Shown here piece after piece: positions 51,374-63,699 of a stretch of DNA of 64,000 nt. The notes under the pieces were generated by a model, which saw only the letters and a list, made by a program, of their open reading frames with translations, had not been told where the DNA came from and did not search any database. The DNA lies in contig NC_090351.1 in the NCBI RefSeq assembly GCF_035084215.1, positions 28,582,001-28,646,000 on the forward strand. The letters are read 5' to 3'. The stretch is from Heptranchias perlo (taxonomy: Eukaryota). Within the stretch, counting starts at the first letter, position 1. Every line of letters begins with the position of its first letter. The position numbers were made by a program, and so were the translations under genes.

Positions 51374-51523
51374 GATAACACCATCGATTTCTTGGAATAT
51401 GTTGCGGCACTCAATCTGGTTCTAAGAGGCAATCTGGAGCACAAATTGAAATGGACTTTCAAAGTTTATGATAAAGATGGAAACGGATCCATCGATAAAA
51501 CAGAGCTGCTGGAGATTGTGGAG
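51374..51523 (+). CDS. GUCA1B: GCAP2-type exon 2
   Basis: ttcag|[50 protein letters not shown]|gtctgt; EF2/EF3. Confidence 0.95.
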
Positions 51524-51605
51524 GTCTGTGTCTTCTTTATCTCTTTTCTTTCTGAATTGACATGTCCCTGGTGTCCGAATTCTGACACTTGTTCTTGTTA
51601 TGCAG

Positions 51606-51720
51606 TCTATTTACAGATTAAAGAAGGCTTGCCGCAAAGAATCGGAAGATGGGAATCTGCTCCTGACTCCAGAAGAGGTTGTAGAAAGAATATTTCAGTT
51701 AGTGGACGAAAATGGAGATG
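51606..51720 (+). CDS. GUCA1B: GCAP2-type exon 3
   Basis: tgcag|[39 protein letters not shown]|gtaggt; follows an 82-bp intron. Confidence 0.95.
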
Positions 51721-52558
51721 GTAGGTATAAACTTTGCCAGGTCACCGCCATTAACTCCAGCCCCCGCCCTGGTCACTGTCTCAGGCTGACCCAAACTGTT
51801 CGCAACCTTGGCATTCTGTTCCACCAGAGCTGAGTGCCAGACTCAATTTCTCCATCACAAAGATCACATACTTCCACCTCCCTAACCCCCACCTCCCTGC
51901 CATTGCTCACTTCCATCCAACCTCAGCCCACCTGCCACTAAAATCATCATGTATGCCTTTGTCACCTCCAGACTCCATTATTGGAATACTTTCCTGGGCT
52001 GGTTTCCTTCTATGAAGTTCAGCTCATCTAAAACTCTGCTGTTCCTATCCTATCCCGCGCCAAGTTCCACTTGTCCAACTCCCCAGAATGGCCTGGAAGC
52101 CTGATATCTTAAAAATGTTATACAGTTAAGAATATAAATATGGATGGACAGTGCCTGGGTGCCCCAGGAGTGGGTTAAGAGGAGGCCAGCAGAAGGAGAT
52201 AAGAACCGGATTGTATTTTAAATTTTAGAGGGGGGGGGGACGAGGTTGTAAAGTGACAAATCATTAAAGGAAAATAAATAAATTTAAAATTAGTGTAAAG
52301 AAAAAAGAAAATTTAAAACCTTAAGAAAAACCGAGATGACAGAGTTTCTGAAAATTTCCAGAAACCTTTTGAAACTCCACCTAGTGGTAGAAGTGTGCAG
52401 CTGCAGTGTGACCGATAACTTAATCGGGAAATCCTATCAAGGTGCCAACTAGAGGTAAGAAAACATAGAGATGCCCAAATAAGGAGTGCGCAACATACCT
52501 AGCAAATGTAACATATTATAGATAGATAAGTGTGACAACCCGTAACCCACACATCCAT

Positions 52559-53299
52559 GGCCCAGAAATTGCTGGAGTGGGGCACCTCGCAGTGAGCACC
52601 ATGGATTGGATCTTTCCCCTCACCCTTCAGATCGTATTATTTTTGCGCCACAAATTGCTGGAAATGTGAATTGATAATGGCACGGCGATGTCATCCGGGC
52701 ATCTATTACTTCGTGAACGTCAAGTCTTAACCAATGAAATTTAATGATAAAGAAACAGAGGGAACGACAGAAAAGGAAATAGGGTGAATTAGAGTCAAAT
52801 CAGGTATAGAAAGAGAAATAAAGATAGAGAAAGAAAGATTGGATTAAGGGAGAGAGAAAAAAGAGACAGAAAGGAAAAGTAAGAAACAAATTTTTAAAAT
52901 TAAAATTTTAATAACCTCTCGGAACAATTTACTACCTGCAGGAGTGAGACTCCACAGTTTCAATTGTTCCCTTTCTTGGCCTCCAAGGTTGAGTTTCACA
53001 TCAGGACCATAAATCACACCATTACAGGGTCTTTACTACATGAATTAGCAGCCTTAAATGTTTGCAGCAAGATTTATTCGTATTTACGCTGCAAATCCAG
53101 CAATTTCTTGAAACTCACCGGGAGGTTGATGGCAAGCTCCTGTTTTCGCGAGGCTAACAACGGAGCCAAATTGTCCAGCAATTTATGGTGATTCGCAACT
53201 CACAGTGTACCTCTTCCTCGCCACAAATTGAAATTTTTAATGCACTAATAACGGCCGGCGCCATGAACAGGCCATGATTTTTCCAGCAATTTCTGGGGC
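52559..53299. mobile_element. non-autonomous TIR element (PIF/Harbinger-like) in GCAP2 intron 3
   Basis: TIR GGCCCAGAAATTGCTGGA vs TCCAGCAATTTCTGGGGC (17/18); flanks cat/aat. Confidence 0.75.
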
Positions 53300-53394
53300 A
53301 ATATCACTCTTTAATTTAGCCATGTAAGTATGCTTTGAGTTATCTTATATTGTTTGTGTATCTGTAGCTTCATTGGTGTTTTTCCTTTTTGCAG

Positions 53395-53522
53395 GTCACC
53401 TATCCTTGGATGAGTTTATCGATGGAGCGCGGAGAGACAAGTGGGTGATGAAGATGCTGCAGATGGATATGAATCCAGGCGGCTGGATTAACGAGCAGAG
53501 ACGCAAAAGCGCTTTATTTTAA
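53395..53522 (+). CDS. GUCA1B: GCAP2-type exon 4
   Basis: ttgcag|(G)[41 protein letters not shown]; GCAP2-type C-terminus; total 591 bp = 196 aa. Confidence 0.95.
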
Positions 53523-54181
53523 ACCCCATGCAACAAAATCCCCAGAATTTAACACATTTTTAAATAATTAGATTCAAGGAATCTAAGACACAAACAGGTG
53601 TATAACATTACTTCTACATACCTTATGTACTTTTGATACCCTTTAAAAAAAATGTACCATGACTATTTCTCCTTAGAACATTTGTGACCCAACGGAGGGC
53701 GAAGCCTGGAAAAGTTAACGAGTTTAATTCTCTGAACTCTTTCAGTGTATTGGAGTATCTTTCATGTATGTGGCCTTTTCTGCAGTTTTCAGTCTCCTGA
53801 CTCTATCATATATATGCTCAAACATTAGAATTTGGTCCAGTTAACAGTTTGGTCTGCTGTACTCATACTACACTAATTGGCTGATTTTATTTGATTTTTT
53901 TTGTGTTTTTAGTCTATCAGTATCTACAACCTTGAAAAATACTGAACCAGTTAAAGGGAAATAGGTTTCTAGACAATTATCTATTTTACTTTTGAAGAGT
54001 ATATTTTACCTTTGAAATGCAAGTTGAGTCAAATTAACTTATATTGAATGAGTCAACGTGAAAGGTGAGGCAATGAAATGAATATTCTTTTTCAACCTCC
54101 TGAGAGACTGCAGTAGTTGTCCTACAGGGTCCTACTGTGGTCCCACAGTATTGACATGAATGGAGTTGTGAAGGTTTTGTG

Positions 54182-54238
54182 AATAAATATGTACAAATGT
54201 TTACAGAATAAACAAATACGACACTTTGTAATAATAAA
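54182..54238 (+). terminator. candidate polyadenylation signals of the GCAP2 gene
   Basis: three clustered AATAAA hexamers ~660-715 bp after the stop codon. Confidence 0.55.
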
Positions 54239-54377
54239 TGAACTTCATTGTCATTAGTATATTAGAATTCATAGTTTATGTGTGTGACTTCAGGAGTGTA
54301 TAGGAACAGGAGTAGGCCATTCAGTCCCTCGAGCCTGTTCCAATATTCAATTAGATCAGTGATGGCCAACCCCAGGC

Positions 54378-55094
54378 ATGCGCGCCACAAGTTTCACGCC
54401 TCTCTCCAGAGAGAGGCATGTCTCGGCACGCGGCCGGTCGAATGCGGGCAGATGGTGGCAGTTGCTGGCCTGGGATGTGAAGGACACTCAGCTCCGAGTG
54501 CATTACTTGATTAGCGAGCTGTACTCCTCAGAGGCCAAGCTCCACGGGATCCAGGTGGAGGCCAAGGTTCTTGACCGATCATTCCTCCCAGCCATCAGGG
54601 TGCAGGACGAGCTGTTCCCCAGCTGCGGCCTAGGCTGGGGCCTGAGCTCCCAGCAGCGGTGGGGGGACATCATCAAACGTACCTTCCAGCTGTGTGGGGT
54701 GAACCAAGAGCAGGTATTGTCCCCGCTCGCCGAGAACCTTTATCGGGGGTTCGGCAGCACTAGGAACTGGGAAGTGTTTGCCGATGTCAGGGACATTCTG
54801 ACTCACATGGCAGTCATCTCCAACTTTGACCATTGCCTGGAGCAGACTCTAGCCAACTGCAAGCTGTGGCAGCATTTTGACTATGTGTTGACATCGGACG
54901 ACATTGGGGCTGTCAAGCCAGATCCCCGGATCTTTGTCAAGGCAGTGGGCATCGCCCAGGTGGAGCCCAAGCAGGCCACACATGTAGGAGACGATGTGTG
55001 GAAGGACTATTTGGTGGCCAGGACTATGGAGAGCTACCTGATCTGCAGAGAGGAGGAGGAGCCTGTCGGGGTGAAGGGACTGGTTCCCAGGTGA
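54378..55094 (+). pseudogene. HDHD3: HDHD3-like HAD hydrolase copy inside the hAT element (open frame, decayed)
   Basis: LLAWDVKDT (motif I), AVISNFD (motif II), KPDPRIF (III), HVGDDxxxDY (IV); apparent ~8-aa deletion before AVISNFD; R->W/H/C changes typical of CpG decay; start codon lies in transposon subterminal DNA. Confidence 0.85.
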
Positions 55095-55239
55095 GATTTG
55101 GCTTATCCCTTAGTGGGGGGGAGTTAGCTGTTGTGAGTTGGTGAGTTAGTGTAAATTTGACTGATATACAGAGGTGGGGGGGGGGGGGGTCCTGTCTCCC
55201 TCCCTCCCCAGAATGCGCCACCTGTGAGCAACCACTCAA

Positions 55240-56625
55240 TGCGGGCGTCGCTGGCAAGGCCGGCATTTATTGCCCATCCCTAATTGCCCTTGAGAAGGTG
55301 GTGGTTCGCTGCTTTCTTGAACCACTGCAGTCCGTGTGGTGAAGGTTCTCCCACAGTGCTGTTAGGCAGGGAGCTCCAGGGTTTTGACCCAGCAACGATG
55401 AAGGAACGGCGATATATTTCCAAGTCGGGATTGTGTGTGACTTGGAGGGGAATGTGCAGGTGGTATTGTTCCCATGTGCCTGCTGCCCTTGTCCTTCTAG
55501 GTGGTAGAGGTCGTGTGTTTGGGAGGTGCTGTTGAAGAAGCCTTGGCGAGTTGCTGCAGTGCATCCTGTGGATGGTACACACTGCAGCCACTGTGCGCCG
55601 GTGGTGGAGGGAGTGAATGTTTAGGGTGGTGAATGGGGTGCCAATCAAGTGGGCTGCTTTGTTGTGGATGCTGTTGAGCTTCTTGAGTGTTGTTGGAGCT
55701 GCACTCATCCAGGCAAGTGGAGAGTATTCCATCACACTCCTGACTCCTGCCTTGTAGATGGTGAAAAGACTTTGGGGAGTCAGGAGGTGAGTTACTCGCC
55801 ACAGAATACCCAGCCTCTGACCTGCTCTTGTAGCCACAGTATTTATGTGGCTGGTCCAGTTAAGTTTCTGGTCAATGGTGACCCCCAGGATGTTGATGGT
55901 GGGGGATTCAGCGATGGTAATGTCGTTGAATGTCAAGGGGAGGTGGTTAGATTCTCTCTTGTTGGAGATGGTCATTGCCTGGCACTTGTCTGGCCCGAAT
56001 GTTACTTGCCACTTATCAGCCCAAGCCTGGATGTTGTCCAGATCTTGCTGCATGCGGGCACAGACTGCTTCATTATCTGAGGGGTTGCGAATGGAACTGA
56101 ACACTGTGCAATCATCAGCGAACATCCCCATTTCTGACCTTATGATGGAGGGAAGGTCATTGATGAAGCAGCTGAAGATGGTTGGGCCTAGGCACTGACC
56201 TGAGGAACTCCTGCAGCAATGTCCTGGGGCTGAGATGATTGGCCTCCAACAACCACTACCATCTTCCTTTGTGCTAGGTATGACTCCAGCCACTGGAGAG
56301 TTTTCTCTCTGATTCCCATTGACTTCAATTTTACTAGGGCTCCTTGGTGCCACACTTGGTCAAATGCTGCCTTGATGTCAAGTGCAGTTACTCTCATCTC
56401 ACCTCTGGAATTCGGCTATTTTGACCAAGGCTGTAAGGTCTGGAGCAGAGTGGTCCTGGCAGAACCCAAACTGAGCATCGGTGACCAGGTTATTGGCGAG
56501 TAAGTGCCACGTGATAGCACTGTCGACGACACCTTCCATCACTTTGTTAATGATTGAGAGTAGACTGATGGGGCAGTAATTGGCCAGATTGGATTTGTCC
56601 TGATTTTTGTGAACAGGACGTACCT
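55240..56625 (-). mobile_element. family A LINE nested in the hAT element
   Basis: RT motifs LDIKAAFDQVWH and FADDCT. Confidence 0.93.
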
Positions 56626-57238
56626 AGATCTCTCATCTGTTGACATTATTTTCAAAAAGGAGTCTAATAATTAACATTTTGCTGTGGTGTTTTGGTGATA
56701 TTTTATTCTGAAACAAACATTTTCCTTCATTTGACCAGTTTCACTTGTGTTCAGTATTAAAGAATACCATTTTCCACATCACACTCTTCACCTCAGTGTC
56801 CTGTACTGGTGAACATATGTGAGTTGCAGTGACACTAAGGTGAGATAACTGTGTTTGTCTCGGATCAAGCCAGCAGTTTCTTGTGCTGAACGGAATGGAA
56901 TGGAAGAATAAGAGGAAGATAAACGTTATTGATAAAAGCACCTTATGACATCTCTCCGTAATGTCTGAGCTTCACATACACAATGAAGTACACTGAGGTG
57001 TAGCAGCAAGCAGGTTCAAAAGCCACACTAAGTATGTAAGATTGCCATGTTTAATTTTTAGACCTAGTGTCCATTACATAATTATTAGCCCTATAACAAT
57101 TGTTGGAGTTATTATTATTTGTTTTATTCAGCTAAGATTGTGAAGTTTAAAAAAATAGTATTGTTCATGACAAGCGGCACGCCTGCACATTCTAGTTTCA
57201 CAACGTGACACTCCTTTGCAAAAAGTTGACCATCACTG

Positions 57239-58750
57239 AATTAGATCATGGCTGATTTGTACCTCAACTCCATTTACCTGCCTTGTTCCATATCCCTTGA
57301 TACCCTTACCTAACAAAAATCTATCAATCTCAGTCTTGGAAATTTTAATTGACCCAGCATTCATAGCCTTTTGGGGGAGTGAGTTCCAGATTTCCACTGC
57401 CTTTTGTGTGAAAAAATACTTCCTGATTTCTCTCCTAAATGGTTTAGCTCTAAATTTAAGATTATGCCCTCCTGTTCTGGATTGTACCACCAGAGGAAAT
57501 AGTTTCTCTGTATCTATCCTTTTGAATCCCTTTATCATCTTAAACATCTCAACTGCCTGAACTCAAGGGAATACAAGCAAAAGTTATGCAACCTGTTCTC
57601 ATAATTTAACCTTTCAAGCCCTAGTAGCATTCTGGTAAGTCTGCGTTGTTTTTTTTTTATTCGTTCATGGGATGTGGGCGTGGCTGGCGAGGCCAGCATT
57701 TATTGCCCATTCCTAATTGCCCTTGAGAAGGTGGTGGTGAGCCGCTTCCTTGAACCGTTGCAGTCCATGTGGTGAAGGTTCTCCCACAGTGCTGTTAGGA
57801 AGGGAGTTCCAGGATTTTAACCCAGCGACAATGAAGGAACGGTGATATATTTCCAAGTTGGGATGGTGTGTGACTTGGAGGGGAACGTGCAGGTGGTATT
57901 GTTCCCATGTGCCTGCTGCTCTTGTCCTTGTAGGTGGTAGAGGTCGCAGGTTTGGGAGGTGCTGTCGAAGAAGCCTTGGCGAGTTGCTGCAGTGCATCCT
58001 GTGGATGGTACACACTGCAGCCACAGTGCGCCGGTGGTGAAGGGAGTGAATGTTTAGGGTGGTGGATGGGGTGCCAATCAAGCGGGCTGCTTTGTCCTGG
58101 ATGGAGTCGAGCTTCTTGAGTGTTGTTGGAGCTACACTCATCCAGGCAAGTGGAGAGTATTCCATCACACTCCTGACTTGTGCCTTGTAGATGGTGGAAA
58201 GACTTTGGGGAGTCAGGAGGTGAGTCCCTCCAAGGCCAGTATATCTTTCCTGAGGTTTGGTGCCCAAAACTGAATGCAGTGCTCCAGCTGGGGTCTGATC
58301 CAGGCTCTGTACGACTGAAGCATCAATTCTTCACTTTTGAATTCCAGCCCCCTTAAGATAAAGACCAACATTCCATTAGTTTTTTAAAATACATTTTGTA
58401 CCTGTGCACTAGCTTTTATCAATTTATATACATAGACACCCAAATCCCTTTGCTCCTCCTCTGCTCCTAATCTCTCACCAATAAGAAAATATTCTGATTT
58501 GTCTTTCTCAGATCCAAAGTGGATAACCTCACACTTCCCCACATTGAACTCAATTTCCCACAGTTTTGCCCATTCACTCTATGTCCCTTTGTAACTTCCT
58601 GCTCCCATCTACAACTTACTGTGCCTCCCAACTTAGTGTCATCCACAAACTTGGATATACAACTCTCTATTCCTTCATCCAAGTCATCAATATATATGGT
58701 GAGAAGCTGAGGCCCCAGTGCAGATTCCTGGGGAACACCACTTATCACAT
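57239..58750 (-). mobile_element. CR1 fragment (3' tip at 54296-54356) split by the hAT element and by a nested LINE at 57649-58225
   Basis: FKMIKGFKRIDTEKLFPL..., FVDDTKLGG; sequence resumes across both insertions. Confidence 0.85.
57649..58225 (-). mobile_element. family A LINE 3' fragment
   Basis: near-identical to 9380-9955, with poly-T tail. Confidence 0.93.
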
Positions 58751-58759
58751 TCTCGTAGA

Positions 58760-60000
58760 CAGGTTAGTAGATTGGGGAGACAGATGTTACATGAAATCTA
58801 ATGTGGAGAAATGTAAGTGATACATTTTGTGAGGAAAAATAAGGAAAGGACATATACACTAGGTGGTAAACATTTAAATGGAGTAGAGGAGCACAGACAG
58901 TTAGGGATTCAGATACATAAATCTTTAAAAGTGCACAGAAAATTTGATAAATCTGTAAAAAAAAAAATGTATAAGGGATTATGAGTTTTATAACAGAGTG
59001 TATAGTGTACAAAAAAAGAGGTAATGCTAATCTTAAGACCATGGAGTAGGTGCAGAAGAGATTCACAAAGATAATATCAGGGATGAGAGGTTTTAGTTAT
59101 GAGAGATTATAGAATCATACAGCACAGAAGGAGGCCATTTGGCCCATTGTGCCTGTGCCGACTCTTTAAAAGGGCTATCCAATTAGTCCGACTCCCCTGC
59201 TGTTTCCCCACAGCCCTGCAATTTTTTCCTTTTCAAGTATATATCCAATCCAAGTATATCAAAAATATTATAGATTTTTTTTTTTAATTGTCTGTTCTTG
59301 GGATGTGGGCTACACTGGCAAGCCAGAATTTATTGCCCATCCCTAGTTGCTCTGAAGGCGTAAGAGTCAACCTCATAGTTTAGGATTGGAGTCACAAGTA
59401 GGCTAGAGCAGATGGTGTTGGCAGATTCCCTTATCTGAAGGACATTTGTGAACCAGTTGGGTTTTTATAACAATCCAGCAGCGGTCATGGCAATTATTCT
59501 GGTGCTAGAATACAAGTAACCAGGTTTTTATTTAATTCTATTTCACAACTTGCTATGGTGGGATTTAAACTCACAACCTCTGGGTTGCTAGTCCATTAAG
59601 CTACTGTAACCATAAGATTGGGCTTATTTATTAGAATAAAGGTTAAGAGGGTTCTGATAAAGATGTTTAGAGTTATGAATGGTTTTGATAAGGTAGATTG
59701 GAGGAAACTATTTCCACTGGTTGGTGAGTCAATAACTAGAGTGCATTAAATTTAAGATCATCATCAATAGAAAGAAGAGGTTAGAATTTTGTTCCGCAGA
59801 GATGTAGAATGTCCTACAAGAAATACAGTGAAAGCAGACTCCGTAATAGCTTTTAAAAGGGAAGTGGATAAATATTTGAAAAAGAAAAAATTAAAGGATA
59901 TGGGGAAAGGGCAGATGAATGGAAATAAGTGAATAACTGTTTCAGAGAGTAAGCAAAAGCATGAATATGCTCCTTCTATCCTGTAAGATTCCATAATTCT
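58760..60000. mobile_element. old CR1 fragments in both orientations with nested LINE 3' pieces
   Basis: degenerate CR1 RT C-terminal and 3'UTR motifs. Confidence 0.65.
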
Positions 60001-60627
60001 TTGTAAACAACATTAAATATCGGATATAATAAGGACTTTGGATTTAAATGATGCTGCATTTCAAAGCTTTTTGATGTGGATTTTATTTCATGACTCAAGT
60101 GCATAATTCAAGAGTTACATGTGAACTTACAGGTACAGTAAAGTGGTTATCAAAAGGCTTAGCATGCGCTATAATGTTTACATAGCATATTCTTTAAATT
60201 AATTGTTACAATTGTTTTTGTTGCTTATAAATGGGTTTTTGGACAATTCAGTTATGTGGAGAGACTTGATAATCATCAGGGGATGTGGTGCCCCACAGTC
60301 TTTTGTGAGGTATCCTCATTCAGTATTTTAAGAGTAAAGATCTCAGAAGCATCAGCTTAATTGATTGAAATGTGGTCAGTCTGTGGGCTAGGAGTAGCAG
60401 CCATTCAAACCTATCAATGGTTAAAACTCCTAATCGCTATCCAGTGACCCCCTGATGGAAATGAATGAGTGTAGATGTCAGGTTGGCTCTGATGCTGATC
60501 CATGATAAAATAACCTGCTGGAACTCACTATCAAGGCTCATAAATTAATACTGGCCACTTGGATAAGTATGCACCTGGTGTCCATAGAGCTGAGCCCCAG
60601 AAAGGAGTCAATGCCTTCAGGAAAGAA

Positions 60628-60893
60628 TTGTAAACAATTTTACAACACCAAGTTATAGTCCAGCAATTTTATTTTAAATTCACAAGCTTTCGGAGATTTT
60701 CTCCTTCCTCAGGCAAATGTTTCAAGATCTCCTTGAAGCCTACGCGTAGGCTTCAAGGAGATCTTGAAACATTTGCCTGAGGAAGGAGAAAATCTCCGAA
60801 AGCTTGTGAATTTAAAATAAAATTGCTGGACTATAACTTGGTGTTGTAAAATTGTTTACAATTGTCAACCCCAGTCCATCACCGGCATCTCCA
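60628..60893 (+). mobile_element. Penelope pLTR perfect palindrome with two hammerhead motifs
   Basis: 60626-60863 is a perfect 238-bp palindrome centred on ACG|CGT; hammerheads at 60773-60809 (+) and 60680-60716 (-); TSD CTTCAGGAAAGAA at 60615-60627 and 60894-60906. Confidence 0.92.
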
Positions 60894-63061
60894 CTTCAGG
60901 AAAGAAAGAAGAGAATAAAGAAAGACTGCGATTTAAAGAGACTTGGATTTATCATGTACCTTGGAAACATCTCAAAGTGCTTCACATCCAATGAATTAGT
61001 TCGAAATATAGTGATTGTTGATATGTAGGCAAATGTGGCAGCCATTTTGTGCATAGCAAGATCCCACAAACAACGACGTGATAAATGACCATTTAATCTG
61101 TTTTTGGCAGCATTGATTGAGAGAGGAATGTTGCCCAGGACTTTTGAAGAACATCTGCCCTTCTCTGAATAGTATGATGGGACCCTTAACACCCACCTGA
61201 GCCACGTGAACAGGCAGTAGGGCGCTCCATTTAATGACTTATCTGAGGGGCAGCAGCTCCAACAATTCAGCACTCCTCAGTACTGCACTGTGAATAAACC
61301 CAAATTATGAGTTCAAACTCCTGTTATGGATCTCAAGAGGAGGAGAGAGGGGAAAACTGGTTACATAGTTTGCTAACACAGTCATAGAAAATAGTAGTTG
61401 AAATGTCTCAAGCCTTCACTGACTTGCTGTAACAGATTGTGGTTGATCTCTTTCTGTACTGAGGTCAGACACGGTAATCTGTTGAAGTTGACATCAGTTC
61501 ATCAATCCACTTTGTTTCATCCTATTGAAATTAACCCTAAATTGGAGTCACAAATCATTTGTTCTGGCTTAAATAAAGAAGGCCCACCTTTAGCTGATTC
61601 TGAATTAATTAATTTTTGTTGGCCTTCCTTCCCGGAAGCAGGTCCACAAAGTAATCAGAACAAAGCATTTCTGCTGCAATCTGAATTCTCCCTTTTGCAT
61701 TAAATTACTTAAATAATCTTCCCAGCTGAATGAAAAGAGCAAGGGAATTTTTCCTTTTTTAATTAATAAAATATCAAATCTGTTCCAGGAAATCCTCATA
61801 TTTAATGGCTGCAAAACATTTTCTATATATAGTGGTGAATATTCTAAAATAAAGATTATGAAATGAAGCCTGTAGAGCCCAGATTTTTTAGGGGAGGGGA
61901 GGATTCCCAATTGCCCAAAATTATGAAAAAATGATAATCATTGCAAAAAACAGTAACACTGAACATAAAGTTGTTGTTTGAAATAATACAATGCAGGAGC
62001 TCATCAGCACAATATAGTTTTTACTGAACAATAAGCATTACATTAATTTATAGAGATATTGAAAGACATCATTCTTGCAGGGTACCCCATTAATGGTAAC
62101 ACTGTCAAAAGATATATAAGCAGCTTGTTTAATGGGGGACCCACCTTTTATTCATCTATAGTTATGCTCATTATGGGATTCTATGACTATGGAAAATGAA
62201 TCAGTCACACAATCAAATTCAGACAAGGGAACACAGTGTCTCTTTTTGAATTATTTTACAAGATGAGTCATACGATTGAATTACTCATATGAATTACTTT
62301 AATGTGAACATGTTGATGCTGTCACACATTTACTCACCTAGTCAAACTTGATAGAGTGCCACCATCTATCAGTTATATGATTCTTTAGGGGTGGGGTCCC
62401 TCTGCCAGAACACTACTGTTGGGGTGATTTGCACCCTTGATGTCGACCTGTTTTTTTTCTTCCACCAGACTCCCAGACAACTGGAGCCTGATCCGCTTTG
62501 CTGGTTTTTAATGCTACCCTTTCTACCTATCCACCTTTAGCTATTCACACATTCTTTGTCTTGTATGTGTCTTTTATTTCTCTCATAATGCATCCTTTAG
62601 TCTCCTGCTAATATCACTTCTGCCATTTAACCCTCTCCTGTTCTTCACCCAAGCACTTCACAGGTCATTCAATTTTTTCCTTTGTGTGTGTTTTTATCTC
62701 CTTTTGTAACTTCGGTGGAAGATGGATGGAACTCTCGGAGAAACACCGCAAACGTGGTAGTATAATTCAGGGGTCAGGTCCTGACCTGACTCCCAATCAT
62801 ACTGAGGGCAAGCGCTGTGAGACTGCTTCTCCAGTAGGCTACCTCACATTGCTTGAGCTTCATACTGGGTGGAGTATTATGTGAAGCTGGTATCTCTGCT
62901 CACTTTATGTTTAATCTTCTTAATATGATGAGTAAATTGATACTCCCACCTGCTTCCTACATTAAAAAATATTTGACAAGGGAGCGGAGCTTTGTGGAAA
63001 AGCAAACAGGATATTAGAACGTATAGCTAGGATGATACAATACAAAACAAAGAGCACCATA

Positions 63062-63179
63062 GGGGGTGAAATTTAACTCTGAGCAGTAGTGATTGCCGCC
63101 CATTATACAACCTGCCCGATTTTCCTTTTCATTGACTGCTGCCAGTTTTTTACCCCCACCAAAGTTGAATTTCATCCCC
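63062..63179. mobile_element. MITE (Harbinger-like)
   Basis: GGGGGTGAAATTTAACT / AGTTGAATTTCATCCCC termini; internal similarity to the 31251 copy. Confidence 0.6.
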
Positions 63180-63189
63180 ATAGTGTCCC

Positions 63190-63640
63190 TGTACAAGACC
63201 TAGGTTAGACCCCATCTACAATACTGTGTTCAGATCTGGTCCTCTCACCTGATAGGAGATATAGAGACCCTAGAAAAGTTTCAGAGGAAGTCACTAGATT
63301 AACACCCATTTTAAAAACCCCTAACTACCATGATAGGCTCAGGGAGCTGTGTCTCTTTAACTCTAGAACAACGTAGATTTTAGGGAGATTTGATTAAAGT
63401 ATTTCAAATGATGAAGGGACTAAACTGTGTACATGTGGACAGATTATTTGTATTACATAAATTAGAGAGAACCAGGGGATATGCATACAGGCTGCATAAG
63501 TACAGAACTAGGTTAGATGTCAGGAGGTTTTTCTTTTCCTTGAGGATTATTTGAAATAGATTGCCGGTTGGTGCAATGGATGCAGATTTTCTGCAAACTT
63601 TCAAAAGTGAGTTAGACAAGGTCATGGAGGAGGTTGATAT
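63190..63640 (+). mobile_element. old CR1 fragment
   Basis: LYKT.VRPHLQYCVQIWSSHL..DIETLEK.QR motif. Confidence 0.75.
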
Positions 63641-63699
63641 CACTGTGTACAAAAGGAAAGTGGGATGTTGGGTAATGTACCTCCAGTCTTCCACCCTCA

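Larger units (their letters stand above)
54357..57238. mobile_element. non-autonomous hAT DNA transposon carrying captured HDHD3 sequence
   Basis: TIR CAGTGATGGCCAAC (54357-54370) vs GTTGACCATCACTG (57225-57238), 13/14 match; 8-bp TSD AATTAGAT at 54349-54356 and 57239-57246; interrupts a CR1 3' end that resumes after the TSD. Confidence 0.88.

Noticed and set aside
56741-56941. ORF inside the hAT cargo as a second captured exon
   Set aside because: No recognisable homology in any frame
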